From assembly GCA_964016885.1 (NCBI GenBank), contig OZ024758.1:11780001-11844000 (forward strand): a DNA stretch of 64,000 bases. Reading direction: 5' to 3'. How positions within the stretch are numbered: the first letter of the stretch is position 1; each line of letters opens with the position of its first letter. The notes below the pieces were generated by a model. That model was not told the DNA's origin. It saw only the letters and a list, made by a program, of their open reading frames with translations, and ran no database searches. The translations under genes were made by a program, and so were the position numbers. This DNA comes from Eledone cirrhosa (lineage: Eukaryota). Below, piece after piece: positions 1 through 14,166 of the stretch.

Positions 1-170
1 AAGCATTAGAAATGCGCAACCGATAAAACTTAAAACCAAAACTTAATACTAACCAATACTATTACTAATTATCACTTATTCCTAATTAAACTATTTTTTA
101 CTGTGAACAATTTGTCAGCATTTTCTATTCCGTTTACCAATATATCATAACTTGTGTGTTACACCTCTAT

Positions 171-264
<94 letters not shown>

Positions 265-440
265 GTTATATAGTAAGGTGCATTATTGGTTGTGTAAAAT
301 GGTCCAATAAATTTATGTTAGCAATATTAAGTTCTCCACGCTTTTGTATATCTCCAATTCCATTCAAGGGAACAGCTAGATGTTGTAAAACGGAGTATAA
401 GTATCAAAATGAAAATCCGAAGGCAAGGTAAAATTCCAAT

Positions 441-527
441 CATTTAATCACGACACATGTTTCAATAAGAGATAGATCGATTGTGAAGCCATGATCGATT
501 ATCACTGATCTCATCAGCTGAAAATGA
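441..527 (-). ncRNA. Type I hammerhead ribozyme motif (slightly degenerate) in a TA-adjacent element
   Basis: Minus strand reads cattttcag-CTGATGA-gatcagtgataatcgatcatggcttcacaatcgatctatctcttatt-GAAAC-ATGT-GTC-gtgattaaatg. The core is intact and stem I is imperfect. Confidence 0.6.
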
Positions 528-886
528 ATTGTCTTCAAATTCTTGATATGAGGGAGAAAAAATAACGATGTTCTCTCACAGAATTCATTCCGTCATATGA
601 ATTCTGTAGCGATTCACAGAGTTTTAATATACTTCTAAAACTGTGTTATTATGTCAGCGGATTAACCGCCGTGTTTGCAGTTAATGTTGATGTAAACATA
701 TTAATGCAAATAAAGACGTATATACCCACTTTCATAACTAATAACATTAATATAACAATTTGTGGAAATAATATTATTAATTAAAACATTTTCGTTTCAA
801 AGATATAGAAAGTAGAAGTCTTTTTTTCAAAATATTTATCCTGGTTATACGATTTCAAGATGGACTTTACACATACACAAACACAC

Positions 887-951
<65 letters not shown>

Positions 952-1017
952 TATCTGGCCCATCCGGTTGGCGCCCGGCTACCATTGGCGTCTTCTAAGC
1001 CATTCAGATATATATAC

Positions 1018-1582
1018 ATAGCTGACGTACCTAGTTTCGCTTGGATAAACAGACGATAAGCCATCTGTGTAGTATAGTATTACTATTGAAAATATATAGT
1101 ATAGTATTACTATTGAAAATATATAGTATAGTATTACTATTGAAAATATATAGTATAGTATTACCGTTGAAAATATATAGTACAGTATTACTGTTGAAAA
1201 TGTACACGAATATATAATTATATATATATATATACATATAATTAATTAAAAGTTGGTTAGAAGCGAAGCCAATGCAGACAGGCAGATATACAAACAAATA
1301 TTATAAGGGCGCGACGTTATAGCTATGTATCTATCTAAAAAGACAGACTAAGAAATATAGAGAACGCTAACCGGAAGTTATGACATTTGAAAATTTTAAA
1401 GAAGTGAATATTTAAATAAACAATAAAATATCTTTAATCTTTTAACTAAATTTAGTAGACAAAAATACCCTCACTTTCTTACTTGGTTATATTTATGGTG
1501 CAAATTTGGTGCTTTTTGGTCCAGCCGTTTGGCGAAAGGTTTGTTACATACATACGGCCGTCAGCTTTATAATATATATATA
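1018..1582 (-). mobile_element. Degenerate non-autonomous Helitron-like element
   Basis: One end is gctgacgtacctagtttcgcttggata (decayed hairpin/CTAG end). The other is gcaaatttggtg...ggtccagccgtttggc...acatacatac...ctttataatata. The layout matches the element at 55394. Confidence 0.45.
1070..1201. repeat. 27-bp minisatellite, about 5 copies
   Basis: The unit tagtatagtattactattgaaaatata is repeated, giving the NSNTILYIF repeats in ORF 1031..1297. Confidence 0.9.
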
Positions 1583-2374
1583 TATGTGTGTTAAAACGTT
1601 CATTTCAAAAGCATATATTATTTACTAGGATAACTATTTGGTAAAGAAGTTTCTATATCCTTGGAAAAAAGAATTTTCTTTTTATTTATGAAGTTATTTT
1701 CACTATTTGGGGAAAATATTCATTTCTAAGTCAATGAAATAAAGATAATGTCTACTATATATGTCCTTTCTGAGATAAGTATACTCTTGTAAAAAAGAAC
1801 ATACCACACTGTGCAGCTTCTAGAACTAAACAACGTACATATACGGAGAGCCATATATTAAAAACAAAACATCTTTATATGTATATAGGAAATAAATTCA
1901 AAGAAATGTAAAAGATTGTGTGGCTAATGTAAAAAACAACACTGAAACGTAGAAAGAACTGTATAGATATCAAATATCAAAACGACAAATTCCATTTACT
2001 TTTCGCGTGAAACAGCAATTCTATTTAAAAAAGAAAATTTTACAGAATGCAAGTTTTCTTATCTATCGAACAAAAGCAAAGTTCCATATATGAATACTTG
2101 AATATAGGATGTGTAAAAAATAAAACAAAAAAGAAATGGATAAAGTTTCCAAATAAATATTCTATGATTTAAATATTATTTTTCGTAAATAGTACGCATA
2201 TCTTTATGTTGACATAGTGAATGTTTAGCGGCAATTGGGTAATCTATCTATATTTATACCGTATTGAGGATGCTCTTGTGTTTGTATGTAATCACATGTA
2301 TTTACCTATTTAATATATGTGTTAAATGAACTTCCAGAAATAAAAGTTTTAGATAAGTTTTCTGAAAGAAGGGA

Positions 2375-2638
2375 GGTAGGCGTAAAAGCCAAACTCGCTA
2401 TCTTCAATTATCTTTGTGACAACCCTTAACTATTGTCATGAATCTTCGGTAATGACCGAAAGAATGCGATCGCGAAATGGGCTTCCTCCGAAGGATCTTT
2501 GGGGTAATATTACTCGATAGAGTTCGTAACTCGGTGGTTAGTGGGTTGCTTCAAGTAGAGCCGCTACATCTCCGATTTGAGAGATCATAGTTCTGATACT
2601 ATGGACATGTGGTTAGAATGTCTCAGGAAAGAATAGTT
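2375..2638 (+). mobile_element. RTE-clade LINE ORF2 C-terminal fragment (pseudogenised)
   Basis: Translates with frameshifts and stops as AKLAIF...TL/TYCHESSVMTERMRSR/EMGFLRRIFGVILLDRVRNSVVSGLLQVEPLHLRFERS*F*YYGHVVRMSQER, typical of the post-RT region of RTE elements. Confidence 0.8.
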
Positions 2639-3495
2639 GTTTATTCTCTCTTTTAGATTAATCACGAGAGTATGTATTTTGCTTTGAATACTTTCAATAC
2701 TTCTCTTAATATAGATAATTTTCAATTTAAAACTTGTTTTTCAATTTACAAAGCTAACATTATGAATTAATATCTAAAATTATAACTTTTAATTCGAATA
2801 TTAAAGTTATTCAAAATACCAAAATAAAATAGTGATTTGAAGTGAAAGAACGGATACTGGATAATATATGAGTATTGAAGAAAGTAAAAATAAAATATAA
2901 AAATAATGATGATATAAATAGTTATTACTGATGTAAACATGACAGATAATTATAAGAGATATAAATTTACGGTTATATGGATAATGATATAAGTAAATGT
3001 AAATATATATACATACACCTTTATACATACAGGGACATACATATTCCACTCTATAACATGTATACATTTAGAGAAAGATGGACGTTAAAGATATCACAAT
3101 TATAACAAAAATGAATAATTATAATGATTATATGAATTATATAATAAATAATATTCAATACTTAAGAGGAAAAGTAGAATAAAATATAAAATAAATTGAT
3201 ATTCAATATTAAATATATAAGACGTAAGTATAAGTATTAGGATATTTACAGAGTATTATTTAATGAGATGTATTCTATGGTATAACATCGAAAGCTGAAA
3301 TCCAGCGTACTTTGGGAGCACTGTTATGTAAAAGTGATAATCTATTTATCAGGGTCCATATGCTTTTGAATTTTGACTTATGTAATTGTGTATAAATATG
3401 TATTTACATATGTAGATCCCGGTAACTAAAGGAAATAAAGTACTCAATACATTAGTAGAGTAAGAACAACGAAGATCTTTCTACATTAATTTGCG

Positions 3496-3559
<64 letters not shown>

Positions 3560-3673
3560 CGTAATAATAATAAATGTGAAGACTAAATTCCGAAGAGGGT
3601 TCAATAAGGATAATATACATATAAAAATATATAAAACCATAGAGTAAATATTTATGAAAATAACAGTTTAAAG

Positions 3674-3751
<78 letters not shown>

Positions 3752-3805
3752 GGGAAAATATGTAAGTATATGCATGCTTAAGTTATGGGTGTTTATATGT
3801 TTATA

Positions 3806-4045
3806 TGGCTGGCCATATTCTGCGTCTGCCAAATGAACGGCATTCGAAAACAGCGATGAACTGGACTCCGCCTGGCGGTAAACGGAGGCGGGGTTGCCCA
3901 AGGTGACGAACGCTCCGGAAGGACCAGATGGCAGCCAACATCACCTGGCACGGTCTCGAAAAAGTTGCCGCTGATCGTGATGGTTGGCGAGTACTTACTG
4001 TTCGATGCGCCGAACGGCGCGGAAGAATCTAAGATAAGATAAGTT
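3806..4045 (+). mobile_element. RTE-clade LINE 3' end
   Basis: Reads AGHILRLPNERHSKTAMNWTPPGGKRRRGCPR*RTLRKDQMAANITWHGLEKVAADRDGWRVL...RRGRI*, followed by a (TAAGA)n tail. Confidence 0.8.
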
Positions 4046-5278
4046 ATGTACGCACAACGAAGCATGACTAAAACTGAACACACATCATTTGGATTTCCTA
4101 TTCCAACGTTATCACCACTAACAGACCCCTAAATATTTATGGCTATGCTGCTCATGTTTATTTGATTTAATATAAATCGGTGTTTACGAGATGTCTTGTT
4201 AAACGTTTAACAAGTTTTGATTATACTGCTTCAACTTCGTGCATTTTGCCTGTAATAATGTTGTTTCTGACTTAAGTTAAACCTAATTATAGTTTCGATA
4301 ATTACTTTTTGAAGTGCCAGATGTCTTAAATTACATTTTGGCGATTGTAAATTTAATTATGGAAATCATCTATGCATGTGTATGAGTGTATTGATATAGC
4401 ATACTCTTAACTAAGTTACACGCTTCTGTGCGATAAAATCTGTATCCGAACATGGAAGTCCACAGCAGCGCTCCACTACACAGGCTGACCACAAACACAC
4501 TAAGAAACAAATACGTTTAATTGTACGTAAACTACGAAACAAAAATACAGATAAAATGAAAATAACCACGAAGCGTTATTTACACAACACCTCATTAAAA
4601 CCTTAATCAAGGCATCCCCCTCTACCGTAAGGTACCCCCTTCCATCATAATGTAACCAATCCTCCACAAGAATCACGCAACGGAAAACATACAATTACAC
4701 AAAAACTACGTAGAGTTTGTGTAATTATATACAGAAAATCGTATTTATATGTTAAACATCTTGTATAAGTCGCCGATCTCTCGGAAGTTTACGAAGCGCT
4801 GAGGGGATAGTTAATATAAAGAATAGTGTGCGCATGTGCAGAGCTGCTATAAAAGTGGTTATGAAACAGGGTGGTGGCAAATTCGTTTTCCTCTAAAAGG
4901 AAGGAAACTGTGAGATACAATTATTCATTGATATGTATCACTGGGCATCGGAGGGGGTTCAAGGGTTTAGTCTTTGAAGGTCCTCGAAAACCACTGTCAT
5001 GTTTTGTTTAAGATAAGTGTGTGTGTAGGGAGTAAGTTAGGGCGTTGTGATGATTGTAGTGATGTAGGAAATATGATTACGGAAAGCCACTCTTCATGGG
5101 ATCTGTGTGATTTTGAAAATAACATTAGTAAAATCTTAAAATAGATTTATCCATGGACATGCAAATTAAAAATGATTTTCCGATGGGAAGGGATTGTGTC
5201 TTGACCGGGCTTGAACAGGGACATTCCATAGTAAAGACATGAATCAGCAGTATAGAATGAATAAATGATTAGATAATC

Positions 5279-5416
<138 letters not shown>

Positions 5417-6727
5417 ATGCACATAAACTCTCACAAATTCACAAATATATTAACACAAAAACACCCACGCATATATATAAATATATATATATAAATATAT
5501 ATATATATAAATATATATATATTGCTCAAAGAGTATTTGTAGATTTAGCTTTCCGGTTGCGTAGTTGGCATTTGGCGATTTCTTAGTAGAATGTCGTCAT
5601 TCATTAATACAGCAGAGTCTATGTTAATAGAGCTGCCATGGATATCGTTTATACACCATGAAATAGGAAAATATTTCTTTTTTATATGTTTTATGTAGTA
5701 TAATTTTAATCAGATTTCTCCCTAATGAATACCTTCCATCAGTCATTCACAAAATAAATATGACCGTTATGATGAATACCTTATGTATTAAAACGTGACC
5801 TACAACCAATTCTAAACTTGGTAAGGAATAAATAAAAAAAAAACATCATCAATGAAAATGACGCGCAAAATTTTCAGAAATATTTTAGAATTTTTTAAAT
5901 AAACGAAATAAATTTTCTAGAACTATAATCAGAATTATCATTGATACAAATAAAAATGGTACTTCAAACCTGTTTCATCTCAGATCTCCACTGAAGTTGA
6001 TTACAGCTAAAAAAAAAAAAAAAAGGACTAACCTCTACGCAGATGCTCAGACTGATAGAAGTAACAACCCATTCATCATGTTCACACATTTAATCATTAA
6101 TAAGAGTTATAGGATATATTGAACAATGTAGTACTTTATATATATATAAATTGCTTTGAAATCTTTTTACCATGAAGTTTCACAACTCATCATATTACCG
6201 TATTTATATGAACGCATCTGACAGAATGATAAATAAGAAACTAAAACGAAATCATACAATGTTACCTAAAATTTATTTTCAATCAGATTTAGTAAAATAG
6301 ATTCTTTCATATATTAATGAAAATATATCTATTAAGTTTTAAGATTTTGCTGGTTTCTTGTTATATATTATCCTGTTGATATATCGCCCGTCTAACAGGT
6401 TGAATGTCGGTCTAATAAATAATATTTATTACAGAATTTAATGCTTGAGACACACGATGTATCATATCCAGGAATATTTGAATGAAAGCCAACAGATGGC
6501 GTTGCTATACAGACATGATATTTAAATAAAGCCCATCATTTATTTACACTGAAATGGTGTTTACGTTCGGGTTTGGAAAATATATAATTAAGAATGCAGT
6601 AGGTTGAGCTAGATGTAGCATGAGATGTATAAGTTATATCTATCTATATAAATACTGTTCCTGAAAATATAGATGATCAGCTGAATCCATTATTATAAAT
6701 CATGATAAATATAACATGAGGATACAT

Positions 6728-7242
<515 letters not shown>

Positions 7243-7427
7243 TATATATATATATATGTTTCATATATATATAAAATTTTATATATATATATATATATAA
7301 ATATATATATATTTATATATATAAAAATATATATATATTTATATATATATATATTTATATATATATATATATATATATAAAAATATATATATATTTATAT
7401 ATATATTTATATATATATTTATATATA

Positions 7428-7460
<33 letters not shown>

Positions 7461-7466
<6 letters not shown>

Positions 7467-7806
7467 GTGAGGTATTTTTTACAAATTGAAAAACAACCGA
7501 GGTGTCCTACACGAGTAAAAAATATAAGGAAAAAAGATGAAATCGAAAATGCAACTGGAGTCTTTTTTTTTTAAAATATATATATTTATTTGGTTCCCTT
7601 ACCGGCTTGGCAGTTCTTCTGCTTTTCAAAAGTAGAGTTGAGATGGAGGGTCTGTGGTTTTTCTCGCATCTGGAAAAACCACAGATCCTCCATCCCAACT
7701 CTACTTTTGAAAAGCAGAAGAACTGCGAAACCGGTAAAGGAACCAAATAAATATATATATTTAAAAAAAAAAAGACTCCAGTTGAATTTTCGATTTCAAC
7801 TCTTTT

Positions 7807-7813
<7 letters not shown>
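7461..7813 (-). mobile_element. Fold-back element, family D, with HHR 3' half
   Basis: Arms 7523-7663 and 7673-7813, with an unpaired tail of about 60 nt at 7461-7522. ctgc-GAAAC-CG-GTA lies at 7727-7736. TA-flanked, with a second copy at 42884. Confidence 0.7.
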
Positions 7814-7875
<62 letters not shown>

Positions 7876-7878
<3 letters not shown>

Positions 7879-8331
7879 AAGGCATGTATTGAGTTAGAAA
7901 CTCAAAATAGTCTCATTACATAAATTAGCTCCAAGAAAAAGGTTTTTCTGAGCCCTATAGTATAACTGAACAAAAAAGAAAAACGTCCACAGACATATAC
8001 ATGTATGTGTTGAAATCGTAATGGACCAGAATCGCTAAGGTGAAAAAAATACTAACTACAGACAATAGGGTTTGCTAGACTAAATTTAAGAATAAATCAA
8101 GAAAAATAAATACAAACAAGTATTGTGGTAACTACCATCACCCGGACGGTTTTTGATAGAACCGTTTCGCAATATTATTTGTGAAGAGGTATACCAAATT
8201 CCTAGCTCATCAGCGGGTGAAGAATTGTCTGTAGTTAGTTTTTTTTCATTTTAGCGATTCTGGTCCATTACGATTTGAACACATACATGTATATGTCTGT
8301 GTTCGTTTTTCTTTTTTGTTCAGTTATACTA
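7876..8331 (-). mobile_element. HHR-bearing fold-back element, family F
   Basis: Inverted repeats at about 7956-8066 and 8224-8331 enclose an HHR. A tail of about 80 nt lies at 7876-7955, with (TA)n on both sides. Confidence 0.75.
8138..8220 (-). ncRNA. Type I hammerhead ribozyme, intact core
   Basis: Reads TCACCCG-CTGATGA-gc...gc-GAA-ACGGTT-ctatcaaa-AACCGT-C-CGGGTGA. Stem I is a perfect 7 bp, stem III a perfect 6 bp, and the cleavage triplet is GUC. Confidence 0.85.
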
Positions 8332-8342
8332 TATATATATAT

Positions 8343-8389
<47 letters not shown>

Positions 8390-8398
8390 CCCCCCCCC

Positions 8399-8432
<34 letters not shown>

Positions 8433-8436
<4 letters not shown>

Positions 8437-8780
8437 TGAGTGGTATTGTGCAAACGTATAACACGTATAAAAAATAAGGTTTTTTTTTACCATGTATATT
8501 TCATCATAATGTATTTTTTCAAGCTGAAATCGTTTCAAATGAAAACAAAAATCAATGCGTACCCCTTCAACAGATCGTCCTTATATATATAATATAACAG
8601 TGGATCCTTCTCTCAACTCGACTTTACACTAAGGACGATCTGTTGAAGGGGGTACGCAATGATTTTTGTTTTCATTTGAAACGATTTCAGCTTGAAAAAA
8701 TACATTTTGATGAAATATGACACGTATAAAAAATAAGTTTTTTTTATCAAGTATACGTTTGCACAATACCACTCCCCATA
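8433..8780. repeat. Fold-back element (arms about 8433-8582 and 8630-8780), family I
   Basis: ggtgagtggtattgtgcaaacgtata...aacagatcgtcctta is mirrored by taaggacgatctgtt...tgcacaataccactcccc. The symmetry extends into the flanking TA and C/G runs. Confidence 0.8.
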
Positions 8781-8798
8781 TATATATATATATATATA

Positions 8799-9402
8799 TA
8801 TGGGGGGGGGGGGTATCTATTTATATATATATATATATATTTTTGGGGATTATATACACACACAACTATATATATGTTATGAGGGCATTCCATAGTAGAT
8901 TGAATAAGTGTCAGTACATATATTATTGGAGGAGAGAAAAAAATATAAAATATATATTGTAAGCCATATAATCATCATCTCTTCTGATTTTATATATATA
9001 TATATATGGGGGGGGGGGGGGTATCTATCTATTTATATATATATATATATTTTGGGATTATATACACACACAACTATATATATGTTATGAGGGCATTCCA
9101 TAGTAGATTGAATAAGTGTCAGTACATATATTATTGGAGGAGAGAAAAAAATATAAAATATATATTGTAAGCCATTTAATCATCATCTCTTCTGATTTTA
9201 TATATATATATATATGGGGGGGGGTATCTATCTATTTATATATATATATATTTTTTGGGATTATATACACACACAACTATATATATGTTATGAGGGCATT
9301 CCATAGTAGATTGAATAAGTGTCAGTACATATATTATTGGAGGAGAGAAAAAAATATAAAATATATATTGTAAGCCATATAATCATCATCTCTTCTGATT
9401 TT
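8799..9402. repeat. Tandem repeat, unit about 206 bp, 3 copies
   Basis: The unit tg(G)n tatctatt...gagggcattccatagtagattgaataagtgtcagtac...catctcttctgatttt starts at about 8801, 9007 and 9214. Confidence 0.9.
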
Positions 9403-11187
9403 ATAAATGAAATATATATTACCAAATAACAATGAACGCCAATGTTATGAATGTGGAAGGAAATAATTTCATATGAATAAGTCTTAATGAATAAATTACT
9501 TTCGTACAACTAATAATATAAATATTGACTAGGCATACATACTTATTTCCGTATAGACTCTTCTCAAAACTTTATTGACATACATTCCTGATATTTATAT
9601 ATGAAATTAAGTGAAATCACGAGGCAGGAGAGATTGCAACATAATTACAAAATACTTCTTCTAAATTGATAGACATTCATTCCTATACTACTCCAATTGT
9701 TTGATGGTATATTCTAGCAAATAAATGCTCATAGTATAGGAAACAGAAAATAAAACTTATCAAATTAATGGGAATAATCACGTAATATTCTCTAGAGAAT
9801 GCTAATTAATTTCATACGACACCCTATGAGCTGTATATTGGAAGTTTATCAATGCGTAAATATTAATAAAGAAGCCATGTAATGAATAACAATATATTGC
9901 ATACGCTCTCTCTTGAAAGCGTATGCCATGAAATTAATGATACATTATGGTTACAATGATGTTACAACGATCTATTATACCGTACTAGATTGTATTATTT
10001 ACCTAATGTAATTATACTCCTCTATTTCTGAGTCACAAGGCGCTATTTTGGCTTCGTAGTTTCGATCTATGAAGTATCGATATTATACTGATTTTAACTA
10101 AAATTGACTTTTTTTCAAAAATACATAATTTAATAAATGAGCATCTACATGACTGAACGACTATAAAATAATCAGAAAAACATTACAAATATTTAAAAAC
10201 GGAAAAGAAAGTGGAAAGCAAGGGCTGTTGTGCCACAGAGGAAGGGGAGGGGGGAGGGTGATGGACTCTGGGCCTAGTCCGCGGCGGTGTTGTGGTTGCG
10301 CCCCGCGGACAAGACCGTAAAAGCATTTTCGCAGACAATGGTCAGCGACACCCGCTACAACAGCCACCCCACTAAAACTAACTGTATCCCATTTCTTACG
10401 AAATGATTCTGTTTTATTTCGTCCTAAGATTTGTGTAACTTGAAAACTAAATACAAATCTATAGACTTTTAAACCCGTATTTATAGGATATGTGAACATA
10501 AAATATTAGTCACCTGTTGAAATAAGAACCTTATTTAACGTATGGAAATTTAAGATCTAATATTGATGATATATATTAGAGCACATATTAAGTAGAAATC
10601 CCACAACCTAGATGCTTACATTTCATTTCAACTCATCAAAAATATCAGAAAGAACTCGATTTCTAATCTGAATGCATACGTGAATAATTTAAGTATTTGT
10701 CGCTTATCTCTAGCTACTGAATAGAAATTAAAATAAGAAATATTATTCTACTAAATAAAACTAAACGATAATGCAAACAAAACATGAAAGACATTCACTG
10801 AAACAATATTCTCAAGACATTATATTACATATCATACCACTTACTTTAGAATACTTTGTTAAAAATTAATAGATCTCGGGAAAATAAACGAAACCAAAAT
10901 CGATATATATATATATATTTAATCTGATACCTACGTATATAATTTTACTGTTTCCTCAATAGCTTTAAATGGATAACTCTGCATATATTTACGTAAATCA
11001 ATTGTCAGAATTGGAGACTGTGGCAAAATAAGCTGGACAATCAACAATTTCTGTCTTTATTCCACGCATGTCACATAAATTCGAGAGGAAATTCTTCATA
11101 CCCCAGTACACCCTTGAAAAAAGCTCGTTAATTACAAACTGAAACCGCTGGCGTCGTGATTCAGTTTTACCTTCCTCCCTCTCGCCT

Positions 11188-11250
<63 letters not shown>

Positions 11251-11252
<2 letters not shown>

Positions 11253-11442
11253 CGAAGGAAATGTGGTAAGGAACCAGGTGGACCATAACGCACCAAAGTA
11301 CTCAATACTTGAGGTAGTAGAGTGGGTAATAGAAACCAGTAAGACCCCGACAGCTTAGCTCAAGCCGTTTCGACGGCTAATTCTGGACTCCAGAATTAGC
11401 CGTCGAAACGGCTTGAGCTCAGCTGTCGGGGTCTTACTGGTT

Positions 11443-11446
<4 letters not shown>
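11251..11446 (-). mobile_element. Fold-back element, family C, with HHR 3' half
   Basis: A tail of about 80 nt precedes a hairpin centred near 11388. It contains GAA-ACGGCT-tgagctc-AGCTGT-C-ggggtc and is (TA)n-flanked. A near-identical copy lies at 30584. Confidence 0.75.
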
Positions 11447-11526
<80 letters not shown>

Positions 11527-11964
11527 GAGAGAGAGTGAGATTGGAGAAGAAATACAAAAATGGAAGGGTAGAGTGTGACAAGGTTGGTGGAAATTGAGAT
11601 TTGGATGAAACAGATCGATATATATTTTAATGTTCGTTTGCTGCAGTTTTGAATTTGACGTTTTATAGATTATGATTCTGTCAAAAGGAGAATGTCAATA
11701 CAAAATCTCCTTTTCTTGTGTAAATCGCAAATACCTTCCACACTTTCACATTTTATTTTTCATTAATTATTGTTTTGTATAAAGATATATTTTTGTATAA
11801 ATATTTATTTTTGTATAAATATTTATTTTTGTATAAATATATATCTTTGCACTTAGTTTTTTCTCTTCCGTTGGCTTTCGACAAGTACACTCGTCAATGA
11901 ATGTCTTATATTTTCTTTTCACTCTTTATACATTGTAATTGTTTGAAATTTAGTTGTTGGTATA

Positions 11965-13429
11965 AAAGAATTGATTTAAAATATAACAGAACAGAAACAA
12001 AAAACAAAACAATAAACAACAACAACAACAACACATGCATTTCTTTCAGTGACGTCAGAGATAGTTATTTCTTTTGGAGCTAGAAAGGTCATTGTTTGGA
12101 GTGAATGTTTACCGAACACATATATATTCAAAGGAAATGTTGAGTAGGGTGAATAAATTTACGTGGTATGGGGTCGTATTGGAGGGAAGGTGTTTTCTTA
12201 AAGAATTCAATTCGTGTATGAATTTACGTGGTATGGAGTCGTCTTGGAAGCAAGGCGTTTGTTCAAAGAATTCACTTCACCAGCAGTAGATGTAAGAGTC
12301 GTCAGCGTATATATAATGGTTGTGTTTCCCCTGACTTTGCCTGTCTATGTACAATTACATGTCATCATATATGTGTGTCTTTCCTTTTACAGATCGATCT
12401 TATATAGTTTATTTTAGTGCATACGAAATTGTAAATTATGTATCAAAAAGAAAATCAAAGTGTGTTTAAATTAGATTTTGAATGCTATTTTGAACAATAC
12501 TGTTCATTTCTGAGCATAAGATATTTGAGAAAACATGCATGTCACATATCACTTTCCCTCTCTGATATAATAACATTCATAATGTGAACATGTCACTGTA
12601 AAGACTTCCATTTCTATGAGCTTCTCTAAACATCTCAAAACTTATACCAACTCTAACTGCAACCATCTCATGTATGTAACATACAAACTAATATATTCTC
12701 TGTCGCTTAGTTTAAGACGTTATGTAATAGAAAGTGCGAGGCAAACACACAGAATGGAAGATAAAAAATGACAACGTCAAATTAGGAAACACTATATTCG
12801 AACCGACAAATATATTTATCGGTCTTATGTGTTAATTGATTTTGCCATTTATTTAATCATGTCGATGCGGCTGCATATTTTACACATGTCATGAAATATA
12901 TAGTGATTCGCTATGCAATGAAATCTTAAAATCGAGAGTATTGCGTATCCAAAAGCAAATAGATTTGTGATTTCTAAAAGTCGTTATTAGTGTGAATCTC
13001 GGCGGTGATCAACAGAGCTGTTTTTAGTCACGTGTCAGTAAATCGTGCATTGAAACTAGTACACGTGTATCGGAAATCCTCTTCTCGCTTACGACTCTTA
13101 CATCTACTGCTGGTGAAGTGAATTCTTTGAACAAACGCCTTGCTTCCAAGACGACTCCATACCACGTAAATTCATACACGAATTGAATTCTTTGAGAAAA
13201 CACCTTCCCTCCAAGACGACCCCATACCACGTAAATTGATTCACCCTACTCAACATTTCCTTTGAATATATATATATATATGTTCGGTAAACATTCACTC
13301 CAAACAATGACCTTTCTAGCTCCAAAAGAAATAACTATATCTAACGTCACTGAAAGAAATTCATGTTTTGTTGGGTGTTTTTTTGTTTTTTTTTTGTTTC
13401 TGTTCTGTTATAATTTAAATCAATTCTTT
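11965..13429. repeat. Long inverted repeat (arms 11965-12307 and 13086-13429, spacer about 780 bp)
   Basis: The arms are reverse complements (ORFs 12074+ and 13104- translate almost identically). Each arm has an internal duplication of about 65 bp. Confidence 0.9.
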
Positions 13430-13671
13430 ATGACAGGAATTACATATTACAGGAATTACATATTGGATTGCATATGAGAACCGTTGAAATAATTGCTATG
13501 AATAAACGATTTATGTAACATCAACATCTTTCTTAATGTTAATCTTATATACATATATATATATATATATAAGATTAACATTAAGAAAGATGATGATGTT
13601 ACATAAATCGTTTATTCATAGCAATTATTTCAACGGTTCTCTCATGCAATCCAATATGTAATTCCTGTCAT
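13430..13671. repeat. Palindrome centred on a (TA)n tract
   Basis: acaggaattacatattggattgcat...gttaatctta-(TA)n-taagattaac...atgcaatccaatatgtaattcctgtcat. Confidence 0.9.
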
Positions 13672-13779
13672 GCATTTATTGTTGTTATGAGAATGGCCTC
13701 CTCAGACGAAAATCCGACTTTGTGATAGGCCCAGGCAATAGTAAAAACGTCCTTCTATTCGTGCAACCGGTAAACTATC

Positions 13780-14060
13780 TCTTGAGGCTAGCTGGATATG
13801 CACTCCGACATCCAGAATTGATACTGCACTCAGTGCCCCTGTGGGAGCCCCTGCATGGACACACTGGAAGAGGAAGACCGAAGTTAACATATGTTGACGC
13901 ACTAAGGACAGACACTGGTCTGTTGGAGAGGTAGGACATGGCAACGATAATGAGGAATAGAGAACGCTGGAGAGAACTCGTCCTTGGATCTCGGGAATTT
14001 TACCCGCCCGAGATAGATGGATATATTTATGTATGTATGTATGTATGTATGTATGTATGT
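13780..14060 (+). mobile_element. RTE-related LINE 3' end with (ATGT)n tail
   Basis: Reads RLAGYALRHPELILHSVPLWEPLHGHTGRGRPKLTYVDALRTDTGL...MRNRERWRELV. Same family as 29972. Confidence 0.8.
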
Positions 14061-14166
14061 AGGGTTATAGCCACTGTCGCTCGGAGAGTGGGATTGGCTC
14101 AGTGTATAGTCTTTTCTCAATTTAAAAAATATATTCACGCACAGGCATTGCACGATAGAACTAATT

